This document shows positions 11,174 through 25,657 of a DNA stretch of 64,000 bases, piece after piece. This DNA is from Octopus sinensis (lineage: Eukaryota). The position numbers and the translations under genes were made by a program. Numbering within the stretch: position 1 is the first letter of the stretch; each line of letters starts with the position of its first letter. The stretch covers positions 71,486,001-71,550,000 of the forward strand of contig NC_042998.1 of NCBI RefSeq assembly GCF_006345805.1, in the 5' to 3' direction. The notes beneath the pieces are model-generated. The model was not told the origin of the DNA, made no database searches, and worked only from the letters and a program-made list of their open reading frames with translations.

Positions 11174-14100
11174 ATATATGTACCACACATTAAAAATTAA
11201 TTATTTCTATGCAATGATTTATAGGTGTATTATGGGCGAATTTTTAAGAAGTTTGCATCGGAACCCATTGATCACAGATGGATCTCGCTACCTATCATTT
11301 CCAGCACATGTCATTTTCCGGAACTTCAGACTGACTTGCGAGTGGAGTTGAATGAATGGGAACTCTAGATAATCTCGTTGAATGGATTTTTACTTGTAAT
11401 CCAAAAGGCATAGCCAGGATTGGCACACACTGTGTCACATTGATTGCACCTGATGATAACATTAAATGTATTCGTCTATATAGAATGCTGCACAAAGACT
11501 GCATTAATTCAGGAATCAAATCGAACAAGTGGAAGAGCATCTTTGCAAAGATTGTGATCCAACTTTACCATGATAATTCTCAAACCTTTCTGGAAAGAAA
11601 TTGGTTAAATATATTTTGATAGTGATATAAATATGTGTTACTACTGGGAGTTTCGAATTTTAAATAAAATGCTCTTTCAAGGGGTAACTCAATCTTGTAT
11701 ATTTCTTGAAATATAAGTAAAACCTAACTATTTCGCCTGGTAGTTTCAGGTAAACAGGAATTATTCACTTAAGATATGGATTCTCAACACACATTTGTAG
11801 CAACACCAAGGAAATCGTATGTGAAAATATTTTCTAAATGACGATCTTTGAGATTTTTACATTAGTGTCGCCTTTCTCTCTTGTATTTCATTACTACTTC
11901 ATTAACAATTATATTTAAGTTGGTTTCATCTCACTCTTATATAATACACGCATTATACCAAACACTCGCAGCAAAATTATCATTCGTTTTTCTGCGCAAT
12001 ACGCGTAGTGAAATATACATTCTCTCATGTAAGCTATACCCAAGACATCGTCAGTTTGAAAGCTCCACGGGAAGTGATAAGAGAAGCATCAACAATAGAT
12101 ATATTATATAAGGAAAGGCATAAATTATGAAAAAAGATCGTATGTATGTGGAACAATACAAAGACCTAAATAAACCACTAAAGACACCAGTTGAAATACA
12201 AAATGTTAACTTTAAGGAGGTTAATTTTAAGGAACCCTAACCCTGACCCTAATAGTCACAAATATTTCAAAGTAGTCCATGGAGAAAAAACACGCAATGC
12301 GAATAACAAAATAACAACAATAACACATAAACATCAAAACGTATTTTTAAAATCTTTTTGAACCATACGTTCATATTTAATTCATACTTAAGAAATCAAT
12401 GCCTGAAATTTTCCGATTTTCATATTATGGTGGTAAAAATAATACAAGAAAGAAAAAGAAATGATAAATAAAGAAAGAAAGTAAATCTCCCTGTATGGAT
12501 GCACTTAGTGATAAAGTGATGTAGGAGAGTATAGGATTAATATGTCACAGGTAATTATTAATTCAATATATATATATATATATTATATATATATATATAT
12601 ATAGATGGGAAACGGCACTAAAAGAATCTACGAATAGCAGCTGGTAACACCAATATATAAAGAGAAACAAAAGAACCTGAAAAATATTTATTGTTTTTAA
12701 GCGGAAAAAAAAATCTTTAGAAAACAATGCCGCATACTGAAAAGTAAAGTCTACATAGTGACAGAAGAGAATTGGTCCAGCTCTATGTGAAAGACAAAGA
12801 AATTAAAAAAATATCAGTAAATGCATACCTAGGAATATTTAACTCATAGACTGGCATCAGGTAAGCTTGAGGTTTTAAATATCTTCTTGAAATTAGTTAC
12901 ATATGAATAAGCATAATAGATACAAAGCTAACATCGACGACACCTTTCTATAAACATGCCTTAAAGCAGCACTAATATCCACGATCTATACAGATTGAAG
13001 AAATCTGAGGAACAGTTTCACGAGTCACATAAGTAAATGTCGCAAAATACGGGATGCTGGTGCCAACCACTGTAATGCAGAAATGAATGTATAAGAAGAT
13101 TTATTAGGAGAGTACACTTCACAGGTTTTGTTTCTCCACAGAATAGCAACAAATGGATCAGAAAGTTTGAAAAGTCAGAACTACTTGTTATCTAGTGTTT
13201 GAGTGCTATTACTCGATATGTACTGAAAGACTGCCATAAGAATGCTTCTTCGCATGATATGATATATCACTTTAACGAAATCATCTTCGTTATCTAGTTG
13301 CTAGATGAGAGAGAGAGAGAAAAGCGACATACATAGATAAGGAGAGACAACGAGAAAAGGAGAGAGGAAGAAAATGGGAGAGATAAAAAGAGAGAGAAGG
13401 ATGCTCTAGGGAGCACTTGGAAAAGTATATTCAACTATAAATGTTAGAAAACATTTCAAGGCAGCTGCCTCAACAAGTTTTCTTCGAGCAGTCATTGAGA
13501 TGTGCTGCAATGTTTTCTAAATTTAGATATTATGCAGGCGTAGCCTAGAATTTTCGAAACTCAGCGACCATTTTGTACACTTATTCTCACTGAGTATCAA
13601 AATTATAAGCTGCGCTTGTGCAAAATCTAAATTCAGAAACGTTTGCTCAACTTAGCGCTCTACCGTTAGTTATTTCATTTATGCACAAATGCATGAAATA
13701 TACTATAATCTTTCTAATTACCATGTAACACATTTAAGTTTATAAAAGTATATGAAATTTATAAGTACTTAAATTTTTTAACTACAAGAAATTTATAAAT
13801 TAATTTCAAAACTATATTACAAACAGTGAATATCGTTACAAAATATTCCTTACCAATGACAAGGAATATACTGACACGTAAAATTAGAACCTAGAAGCCA
13901 ATATTTGTTAGCGCAAGATAAGTATCCTTTTCCGAAGGAATTTCTAGCTCAGCAATCTAGCAGTATTATAATAGAAAGTGGTATTGAATATAGTTTAACA
14001 CAGTTACTACCAAGAATACACATACCTGTGTGTGTGTAATTTTTTGTAAAAATACATTCTACAGTAAATCATGTACACATATTCTACTGTAAAGTAAAAA

Positions 14101-14821
14101 AGAAAAAAATGGATATGATATTAAAATATATCGATTTGTTTATTTTATCTTAAATATTTGCGTTGGCAGTGAGATTTGAAACGATGTATAAACAAAACCT
14201 TCACGATCATTGTAATGATATTACAATAATGGTTCAGTTATTCAAGAGATACAATGAAAATAATCTTTAGAAATAACAAATCATGAATACGGGAACCAAC
14301 TTGGGAATGAGAAAGATACGAGACAAATTGCAATTTTAAATCTCAGTTCGAGATGTTGATTCACATACTTACCGATATCGCTACTTACTAAAAAGTAAAA
14401 CAACTTTCTAGAAGATCTCTCTATCTAAGACACTCAGAAATTACAATGACGCAAAATATTCCATGTTAAAGATATTTTCAATGATAATATTTTCTTCACT
14501 GGATATTTTATTTCTATGCTGGTCTGTGTGTACGATGAAGAGAGAATCATTGCGTCAATATAATTCTTCTAAATTACACCGATTTAGTTGGTGTCCGTGG
14601 ATTAATGCAAGTTTGGCTAGAAAAATAACATTTTAAATGTAACGATACTGAATAAGTGAGTCAATAAGTTTACAAAGAAATTGTGGTTATAACAGCACTG
14701 AGAATATTTGAATTAAGCCTACAACATAAGTGGCAGTAACTTACTGTATGCTTACACACACACACATGCGCGCGTGCACACACACACACACACACCACAC
14801 ACACACACACATCTAGATATG

Positions 14822-14926
<105 letters not shown>

Positions 14927-15181
14927 TGATAGATATACATGAGGGAGTGGAGAAAAGTTATTAGGCGTGGGTAAACGAAAATGTGGACGATCAATTAGTT
15001 ACGATTTTATTCAACGAGTCCCCCTTTCAGATTCACACACTTATTGCAGCAGTCGTTCAGTTTTCCTAAGCCCTGTTACAGAATTCGGGAGTTTGGGCCT
15101 TCAACCAGGTCTTTTGCCGTATACTTACAGCGAGAAATGTTCAGCACCCCCATCATATACATACATATATACATACTTACA

Positions 15182-15710
<529 letters not shown>

Positions 15711-15787
15711 TTGTCTGACAGCGCCTCGCGTCGGGTTCGTTTTCGATTCATCGGTTCGTTCCATCTCTTGTCTTCCATTTTAATTCT

Positions 15788-15860
<73 letters not shown>

Positions 15861-15874
15861 ATATATACATATAT

Positions 15875-16055
15875 ATTCTTTGTAAGCCTTGTACTTATTC
15901 TAAAGGGGTTCTTTAGTTCAGCGAAAGAGCTCCTTTAGAATAAGTACAAGGCTTACAAAGAATTAGTCCTGTGGTCGATGTTTTCGACTAAAGGCGGTGT
16001 TCCAGCATGTCCGCAGTCAAATGACGGAAACAAGTAAAAAAATAAAAGAATATAA
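15875..16055 (+). mobile_element. 3' part of SINE family A with an inverted 5' duplication
   Basis: 32-bp inverted repeat at 15875-15906/15932-15963, followed by the SINE 3' body (GGCGGTGTTCCAGCATGTCCGCAGTCAAATGACGGAAACAAG). Confidence 0.75.
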
Positions 16056-16217
16056 GAATAAATCTTGCTATCACAAGGCGGCGAGGTGACAGAATTGTGG
16101 AACCTACATGTTATGGGGACGTAAACACACCAGACCGATTATCAAGCGATGGTGGGGAAAACTCACACACACACGCGCACACACACATGTTTGTATGTAT
16201 ATGTGTATGTGTATGTG

Positions 16218-16263
<46 letters not shown>

Positions 16264-17059
16264 ATATATTATATATATATATATATGTATGTATATATAT
16301 ATATATGTATGTATATATATATATATGTATATATATATATTATATATATATATTATTTATTATATATTTTTATTATTATTATTTTTATTTTCCCTTTTCT
16401 CTTTTTGTCTCTCTCCCCTTCTCCAAACACACAGACACACACACACACACACACACGCACGAACACAAAAACACACACGGACACACAGAGACACACACAC
16501 ACACCTCCACAGAATGATCATAGAAACTGTGACCCCAAATGACATTTGTCAGGCCAACCTACGCACAACACACTCAGTGACATCAAAATGGATGGCCAAA
16601 GTTCTTATAAAACCACAGGAGGTCCAGTTGACCAAAGGAAATAACACTTCTTCACTCTCAGATATAAACGCGCACGCACACACACACACACACACATGCA
16701 CACACATATACACACACACACACACACATACACATACACACATGTTTTCTCTGTCTCACTTCCTCCTCACCCACTACTACGAAACTATAAAATGTTCAAA
16801 CTCCCCACAATCTATTTGATTTGAAAAGCCCACTAGATTGGGAGAAAGCGCTAATCCGAATGATATGATATATATGTAAAAATGTAATATATAAATAAAT
16901 ATCTACAAATATGAACCATCTGATCTGATTGCCTCATTTTTTCTAATATATATATATATATATACATATGTGTGCGTGTACGTATGTATATATATATATA
17001 TGTATAGAAATTAAATATAAAATATAAATTACAAAGAACGCAAAAACACACAAAGAGAC

Positions 17060-17225
17060 GACACAAAAAAACAGACGGGTCACTCGAGGGCGTCTTTCAG
17101 TTTCTGTCTACTAAATCAACTCTCAAGGATTTGGTCGGCCCGAAGCTATAGTAGAAACTAATTGCCAAGGTGGACCCGGAATCATATGGTTGGGAATCAA
17201 GCTTCTTACCACACAGCTACGCTTG
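17060..17225 (-). mobile_element. SINE family A 5' part
   Basis: Reverse complement GCGTAGCTGTGTGGTAAGAAGCTTGATTCCCAACCATATGATTCCGGGTCC; target site empty. Confidence 0.75.
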
Positions 17226-17554
17226 GTAAGATTTTGTTCTTAATTCTGTGTAATACAGGAAGCCATTTAGTAAATGCTAAACCTTCCATTTCTTCCTTGA
17301 TTTTCTGTCCTTTGTTGTAAACCAATACAATACAATGTTCCAGATATATAATTTCAACGTCTGACAATAAGTTCAATCTAGGCTGTTACAGTTCCCATAT
17401 ATTTTACATATCTTTTAAGTTACTTTTTATATAATCTGTAAGGTACTACGTCTTACGTCTACATTTTATTAAATGTTATTTATATTACTTTTCCTATATT
17501 GTTGACGACATCATAATTACTAGTATTGTTAGTACATTTTTATTATTTTAGTTA

Positions 17555-17765
17555 TTTCAGTCATTCGGCTGCGGTCATGCTGGAACACCGCTGTGAAGGG
17601 TTTTAGTCGAACAAATTGATCCCAGGACGTATTTCTTAAGCGTAGCACTTATTCTATAGTTCGATTTTGCCGAACCGTTAACTTATGGGATGTAAACACA
17701 CCAATACTGACAGGGGTGAACGGACACAGACACAAATACAGACGTAGATGTTTGATATTTGTGTG
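17555..17765 (-). mobile_element. SINE family A 3' part
   Basis: TTTCAGTCATTCGGCTGCGGTCATGCTGGAACACCGC... is the reverse complement of the family A 3' body. Confidence 0.75.
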
Positions 17766-17769
17766 CCTG

Positions 17770-17876
<107 letters not shown>

Positions 17877-18974
17877 GTGTGTGTGTGTGTGTGGTAAAAA
17901 CACAACAAACGGAAATCTTTAAAACATAACAAGAGAAAAGATCGATAGCAGAACAACGGCAATCAGGACAAAATAAGATACGCAGAACATTCGCAGGCAA
18001 TTGCTTCTTCAGTCGGAGTTTGGAATATCTACGTAGTTTCACCCAATCCTCTCCGATACTACTCAACGCCAGTTTAGCCAAGGGCTGAAGCTGAAGGCAT
18101 TTAGCCCTTGAGCAAGGCAAACGAATGTACATATACAAACACAAGGGAATATCAAAAAGAAAAGATATATCGACTAACGGACGGACGTAACATAAGAAAT
18201 AGAATTATACATATCCGACGGGCTTCTTTCAATTTCCGCCTACCAAAACCACTCACAATACTTCGGTCAACCCGAGGTTGTAGTAGAAGACATTTATCCA
18301 AGGTTTTATATTGAACTCCCAGTAACTTTTGGTAATACAAGGTAAGACTTTACTATCTAAAGCGCGGACACGTTATGCACATTTGTTCACGCAGACACAC
18401 ACGTGCACACATATACACAGACACATACACACACGTATGTATGAATGTATGTACGTGTGTATGCGTGTGTACATATGCGTATTTGGAAGTATCTAGTTAA
18501 GAATGACAATAAATAATGTATGACGAATGACTATTTATCACCAAGGAAGATATTTGTTCTTCTAGTTCATGAATATTGCAAGACACACAAGTTTATTCTG
18601 CTTTCTTGACTGAAACCTCTAGAATTACACATATTCCTGGCATTACTATTCAATGTACGGAGTGCTGTCATATAAACTAGATTTCTTTTCTCTACGATTG
18701 TATTCTTATACTTCTACTACTAATGAAAGTGTTCACACGCACACAGACACGCACGCAATCGCGCGCGCACACAGACACACACACACACACGCACGCACAC
18801 AAATACACACATACACATACATTAAGTATTTTGATCGGAGATCGTGTGCTGAAACTGAAGTGAATGCAGCGTGGAAGTCATAAGTTAGCCATTCAGGAAA
18901 ACAGAAAACCCGACCGTTGCTCAAAAGTGCAAAAAAATTCAGCTACATCTGAATATTCCCGAAAATATCGTAGA

Positions 18975-20251
18975 CGCTGGCGTGGCTGTGTGGTAAGAAG
19001 CTTGCTTCCGATTGTTTGGACGGTTGCCTTTGTGTGAAATGCGTGTTTTTGGCTGTCTTGCAGCGGTGGTGTGCGGCGTATTCCCTCTTGTTTAATTGGA
19101 GAGCACCGTAGGAGCGTTATGAATTACGAAGTTTTGAGTTCTTCTTGAGACTTTATATCATTCGAGGAAGAATTGGTGAAAAGTCTAAAAAGAATTTACG
19201 AGGCCATGGAGACGATAAATTATGCTGAAGAGGCAAAAGAAAATAGTCAAGACGTGAGTCTGGAAGAATTAAGCAAATTCAAGAAAATACTTAAAAGAGA
19301 AATCCTCCGCTACCCGTGGAGGCTGAAGAGAAGTACAAGAGGGGGAAGGAGATTGAAACTGCACCACAGACAACGACCAGTGCCAGCGTCGAGGAGGAGG
19401 GGGTGAATAATGGATGGGAAACACCTGGGAAAAAAAAAGAAAGAGGAAAAAGTCACACGTTGTAAATGACGACCTCCCACACACACACACCCAAAACCCA
19501 CCCACACCTAATCTACACCTAATCTCCCTGCAGAAACTAGCCTTCGCCATACCCCACCTGACATGAAGACGAACACAAGCACACAGGAGCCCCAAAGTTC
19601 CCCACTCTCGTTCGGAAATGAAAAATATGTCATACTCTACAATGGAATAAAGGAAGAACTTCAGAATGAGATAGATTTGAGGGACAGAGTGATAATGGTG
19701 GATGTAACAGGAGTGAAGGGGTGCCGAGAACGTTTGCTGTGCGGTGGCGGACCCGGAGTACCATTTCAGATTGAAGGACTATGAGGAAAACTTTAACTTT
19801 GGGTGGTGGGTCAGGAAAATGGACACCAGTATGATGCTGGAACGAGTAAGCTGTTTTGATATGTTAAAGAAATGCAATATAAACATCCTTCGGCCGGATG
19901 GAAATTAGCTGTCGCTAAAAATGGTATTATAAACTAGTGTTTTTTAAAAAAAAGTTACAATAACAGGTTGTATTAAAAAGTTCAATGAAATCGCTTGGAG
20001 ATTGGGCCGAACGGTTTCATTTCATCTTTCATTATATTTAATTTATACTTCCCATTCGTTTTTTTTTTGTCTCCACCTTGTACTGTCCCCTACATATAAG
20101 GCTGTAATAGCCAATATCATGAAATAAAGAAGCTTGCTTCCCAACCACATGGTTCCGGGTTCAGTCCCATCGCACGTCACCTTGGACAAGAGTTTTTTTA
20201 CTATAGCCTCGAGCCGTTCAAGTGCTGAGTAGATTTGGTAAACGGAAACTA

Positions 20252-20334
<83 letters not shown>

Positions 20335-20545
20335 TGCGTGCGTATATATGTTTGCGGTCTGTTTGTCCTCCCCACCATCGATTGACAACTGATGTTGGTG
20401 TCTTCAAGTCCCCGTAACTTTGTGGTTCGGCAAAAAACCCTTTATAATAAGTACTAGGCTTACAAATACTAATTTCTGGGATCGATTTGTTCCACTAAAG
20501 GTGGTGCTCCGGCGTGACTGCAGTCAAATGACTGAGACAGGTAAA
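18975..20545 (+). mobile_element. tRNA-derived SINE family A (AAGAAGC variant), split by a 1.1-kb insertion
   Basis: Head CTGGCGTGGCTGTGTGGTAAGAAGCTTGCTTCC (to 19009) resumes after 20141 as CAACCACATGGTTCCGGGTTCAGTCCC. The body ends ...GACTGCAGTCAAATGACTGAGACAGG (~20540). Confidence 0.85.
19010..20126 (+). mobile_element. Second RT-less insert in a SINE head, 15-bp TSD, related to 876-2927
   Basis: Direct repeat AAGAAGCTTGCTTCC at 18995-19009 and 20127-20141; ends ATGAAATA like the first element. Shares the 5' motif GGCGTATYCCCTCT (19075-19088 vs 1117-1130). Frameshifted acidic/KRK ORF remnants at ~19170-19940. Confidence 0.78.
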
Positions 20546-20555
20546 TATATATATC

Positions 20556-20587
<32 letters not shown>

Positions 20588-21369
20588 TGTGTGTGTGTGT
20601 ATTTGAGTTTCTATTTGTCCCCCCACCGGTACTGGTGTATTTACATCACCATGACATAGCAGTTTGACCAAAGGCCGATAAAATAAGTACCACGCTTACA
20701 AGATAAGTGTTGGTGTGGATGTGCTCCAGGATTGCTACAGTCTAATGACGGAAATAAGTAAAAAGAAAACTAAAAGAAAAGTATATATCACTAGGGATGC
20801 ATGCGTCTTTTGTCGATGTTTTTGATTATTGGCATCAGTCTGGCGTTGTTGTTTGGTGCTCATAGATGCATCAAACTTATCATCGATGTTTGGTATCAGC
20901 TATCTTTCATTTATTCCTTCTTTCTTCCTCTCTTTATAAATTCTTCATTGCGATCCATTTTTCGCAAAAATTATGTCAGTCTTGTGATTGAATTGAAGGA
21001 GTGATTCTGCAGACAGGACATTTTGAGAAATACCAATAGTAGCAGCAGTAGATGTTGTTGTGGTAGTAGTAGTAGTAGTTGTTGTTATTTCTGAAATAAC
21101 AGTCGAGGTAGCGGCAGCAGCAGCAACAGTAGTGGTTTTGTAATCGTGATGGTGGTGGCAAGAGTGATGGTGGTAGTATAGAGACAAAGACACTAGGTAG
21201 TACTAGCATCAGTAGTAGAAAGTAATACATATATCTACTAACAATACCAGTAATTTTAATTATATTGTCAAGAAAAAGATAAGAAAGATAATGAATAGCA
21301 TTAACAATTAAAAACATCTTTACCAGATGAAGTGCTTCTGTTGTTGATCCTTGCTTCACGGAACATCAT

Positions 21370-21608
21370 TCTTTTATTGTTTTAATTGTTGCGGTCATTT
21401 TACTGCGGCCATGCTGGAGCACTACCTTAAGAGGTCTTAGTCGAACAAATCGAACACAGGACTTATTCTTTGTAAGCCTTATATTTCTTCTATCGGTTAA
21501 TTTAATTTTGCTGAACCGCTAAATTACGGGGACGTAATCACACCAACATCTTTTGTCAAGCGATGGTGGTGGTGGGGATAATAACACACTCACCAATACA
21601 CACAAACT

Positions 21609-21673
<65 letters not shown>

Positions 21674-21822
21674 ATGCATATATAAGACGGCTTCTTTCAC
21701 TTTCCAGCTTCCAAATCCACTCACAAAGCTTTGCTGAAGATGCCACGCAGTGGGACTGAACCCGGAACCTTGTGGTTATGAATCAATCTTCTCAACTTCT
21801 CAACACACAGCTACGCTCGCGC
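21370..21822 (-). mobile_element. SINE family A, near full length
   Basis: Reverse complement of the head (GCGAGCGTAGCTGTGTG...CCACAAGGTTCCGGGTTCAGTCCCACTGCGTGGCATC), internal (CA)/(TA) microsatellite and 3' body. Confidence 0.8.
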
Positions 21823-21833
21823 ATATATATATA

Positions 21834-21887
<54 letters not shown>

Positions 21888-22049
21888 GGGAATAAATTAT
21901 TATTCCAACATTACAGGTAAAATTCAGTATAATGCAGACTTTTGTAATATATAATATATAATATATGTATATAATTAATTTAGAGACGAACCACCATTTC
22001 ACAACTCAGCCAATGAAGAACCCGTCCAAAACCTATGCTGTGAGACATA

Positions 22050-22560
22050 TAACATACAAAATCGAATATTATACAAAGAAAACATTCATCATAAATATAT
22101 TAACCTAAATCAAATTCCTTACATGGAATTATGCAAAAACATAATCTTGGTAAGTTTAAAAATAAGCAGTCCAAGGAAGGTAATTATACTTCCCCACTTC
22201 TATAAACATAGATAAAAAATTCCAGGTTTTTTCATGAGAAATCTCCCGAAAAATTGCCTGACCCTAGTAAAACTATTAGTTTTGTTATTCCATACAGCAA
22301 ACAAATTAAAGGTAACCTTCCTTAAATGTTTCGTAAGGCCATCGAAAGGAACATCTCCAAAAGTTCGAGTTTCCACTCTTTTCTCAACTCACATCGTATC
22401 AGAATTGGTGTTTCTAACGCTAATAATCTCCAACAAATTATCTCTTCACATAACTATATTCTTAACGGTAAAAGGGTTTCGCTTAATAACTATAATAATA
22501 ATGACATTAATAATGATAACCACTTCTTAAATAATGAAATCAATTGTAATATTGTAATCG
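22050..22560 (+). mobile_element. Penelope-like element fragment (RT C-terminus/linker)
   Basis: Translates with frameshifts to YKENIHHKYINLN..., KTISFVIPYSKQIKGNLP/MFRKAIERNIS...HRIRIGVSNANNLQQIISSHN, paralleling KIWLIVPYGDQVKTNII...GVGYSTT..NII in the 51.9-54.4 kb PLE ORF. Confidence 0.6.
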
Positions 22561-23292
22561 TGGTCCGAATAAAATTTGTGTTCTCAACGGAAATTGCAAA
22601 ATTAAAAATGTTTATCAATGTAAATTTCTTCAGGAACTAAAGAATATTTTTTATTTTGGACTTCAGATGTGTGGGAGCTACATATTAATTTTATACATAA
22701 TTTCTTTCCACACTGACAAGCCTCGAATACGAGATCAAAAACGAGCCGAACTGATAACATGTGGCCATACAATAATATAATATTATACTGGCCACACAGC
22801 TAGTGATGACGCGAAAAGCTGGCGGGCTGTTATAAATGAGCTGTGACAGAATCAATTTTTGTTACGAATATTATTTAGCAACTCCACATGCATTAATGAA
22901 GCTTGCATTGCTGTTATCGTTGATCCGCAATTTACAATGAAATCACACAATACGATAGTATTATCTGCTGGTGTTGACGAGAATTTTCCCAGCCAATATA
23001 GTATTCGGTGATTTTTAACGCTTGTCATCTACACGAGATGAGCTTCCGTGATGTTTGCTACAGTTTAATGTGTTCTAAAACACATCCAATTTAAGTTGAA
23101 AGTGCACTTTAATATTCGTTACAAAGCCTGATTAAGTCGCTAATATCTAATATAACAGGCGTTCACACATACACACACATCTAATGTGTGTGTACGAATG
23201 TGTAATTTTATGTCAAGTTATATATAAAAATTATTTTAAATTGAACTGATGTATTGGCCATTTCACTTGTGCAAATATCTATTTATTTTCAG

Positions 23293-23307
23293 GAGGGAAG
23301 GTTTAAA
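23293..23307 (+). CDS. Candidate 15-nt microexon (EGRFK)
   Basis: Acceptor TTTATTTTCAG and donor AAA|GTGAGT; length divisible by 3; no independent support. Confidence 0.2.
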
Positions 23308-24056
23308 GTGAGTTTGAAAATATGGCTTTCCTGTTGTCATCAGACTGTCCGATGATAGAGGACGATATGTCTGGCAAGGCCGGGATTGCCACTCGGTACA
23401 CGTCCATGATATAAAAGAATGAACTTCTCACTTTGCATTGAGGTGCAAATCTCTTTGTCTGATTTATTTCTCTTTCTCTTTTCTCTCTCTTTTCTCTTTC
23501 CCACTCTCTGTGTGTCACATTTTGCTTCCTCTCTTTCTCTCTTTTTCTGTCATTCTCACATGCCTACACCAATATTATTCCTATGTGTCTGTAATATTTT
23601 ATTGAGTGTTGCAGTGTATATAGGTTTATAATTTGATATAATACTTATGTATGATGACTGAGGAGAAACCATCCTGAATTATATATATTAACAGAAATGC
23701 ATATTAAAAGTGCTTCTAGAAACAGCATATATTCATAACACACAAGAACAATAGAGGCATCATAAACGAAGACTGTCATATTAGAAATTCAGTTTTACGT
23801 AGCTTTTTGCGCTTTCGGGAGAGTGGAATGTCAAATAAGATTTCTAATCAAAATGAATTTGCAATGAAAAACTGACGTTTAGTTTTTATTTGGAAGTCTA
23901 CATGACGTTATATAAAATTATATTTGCTATTAAAGACCCTTCTAGCTATCTGCTAAACTATTGAAGTGTGCTTTATTATGAGAAACATATATACATACAT
24001 ACATACATACATACATACATACATACATACATACATACATACATACATACATACAT

Positions 24057-24126
<70 letters not shown>

Positions 24127-24129
<3 letters not shown>

Positions 24130-25493
24130 GCAGCACTTAGATACAGTCAAAACACGATTTCAGTTATGCATAATTACACATGATACATGCACTCTTATTT
24201 TATGGTCTTACAAAGGCGGTTTTATAAAAGCTAGTGAACTTGGATTCATTTTAGTTATTTCCCAGGAGACACGGTTACTCTTTCCGTTCAATGAATGGAC
24301 CGAATGTCGATGATTACTTTTATATCATGGTAAAATATGTCTACTTATAAATATATTTTTCTTTCAGTGGATTTTTATCTAGTTACTCTATAAAGTTATG
24401 ATATCCAATTATAGCGTTGTAAACGATTATTCAATTTTTCAGTAGCATTAACATCTCAGCGATTATGCTTAACGATTTTTTCTTGTTTTTATGCTTACGT
24501 ATGAACACGCAAATATATTTCAGAGTATCTAAACGCCGATACCAAAGCAGATTTTCTAAGTACCCACTAGCAGCATTAATTGACGTACATTACAGAGGTA
24601 TTATCTTAAAACATATAATAATTTCCTTCGGAACCAGTGCCGCGTTCCAGGAATTATCAATTCTCGCCATGAGAGAATACCGAGAAGGAGGATGATGACA
24701 AAAATTTCGGCTATGTTTATTTCTAAGTTTCCCTGAGATATCCGAACAACTACTGCTGAGCTTTGTATCTATCATTCTAAGTAACAGGATTAGTAGGAAA
24801 GACAACAAACTGCCAAGAGTAAAGACATTTTCAACTGAAATTTCATTTTGCAATATTCTGGATAAATTTTACAATAGAAATTAAAAAATATATATATATT
24901 CTAGTGAGTAAATTATCTTCGTAGAAATCCCAACAGAAAAATAATTCTGAAGAACAGATATTTTTAGAAAATTCAAACTTAGACATCGCATTAAACTTTC
25001 CAAATACGATTGAACTCCCACGACAATACCCTTATCAATAATATGTCTATTTTCTTCTTTCTGTGGTTCCCGTGATGTTAAAAAACCACAAGCTTTGGTT
25101 GTCACAGAATCATAGCTATTTTAGGTGATTGACGAAATTTAGATTGTATACTGCGTTTGAACGTATGTCAAATGGGTAATTTAATGTTCAAGTTAAGATA
25201 ATGAAAATAAACATTCTTTGAAATATATTTTACAATTTAATTTTCATGCAGAATATACGCACACTCATGAAATAGACAGTTTCATGAAACGAACAGCATG
25301 AAATACGATTTATCCGTAAAACCATTAAATACTATTATAGATTCACATATATAATGTAAAAAGCGCTGGAATGTGACTTAAAGTTTCCCTTGGCTCGAGC
25401 ATAATATGAGAGAATCCAGATTTGAAGTCGAAATGAACTCATATTATCGACCTATCTATCTCGCTCTCTGTCTCCTCCCCACCCTCTCTAACT

Positions 25494-25543
<50 letters not shown>

Positions 25544-25558
25544 CATACATACATACAT

Positions 25559-25623
<65 letters not shown>

Positions 25624-25624
25624 G

Positions 25625-25657
<33 letters not shown>

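Noticed and set aside
11240-11620. Cys-rich minus-strand fragments (NVIIRCNQCD...) resembling collagen NC1, PAN or Neptune-type endonuclease
   Set aside because: Multiple stops in all frames; the similarity is too short to assign.
12235-12252. CCCTAACCCTGACCCTAA telomere-like motif
   Set aside because: Only ~3 imperfect units; not evidence of an interstitial telomere.
12950-13120. LRNSFTSHISKCR segment resembling a GIY-YIG tail
   Set aside because: No flanking YIG motif or RT could be recovered; too degenerate to call.
16097-16819. Longest ORF in the track (240 aa) and the many YIYI/THTH/CMYV ORFs
   Set aside because: Stop-free runs arise from (TA)n, (CA)n and (TACA)n repeats; no coding signal.
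17975-18030. Minus-strand CTGAAGAAGCA-ATTGCC-TGCGAAT hammerhead-like motif
   Set aside because: GAAT replaces the required GAAA and stems I/III are weak; at best a dead copy.
24465-24853. ORFs in the duplicated block with signal-peptide- or TM-like stretches
   Set aside because: No consistent splice structure or recognisable homology, and copy-specific frameshifting indels occur between the duplicates.
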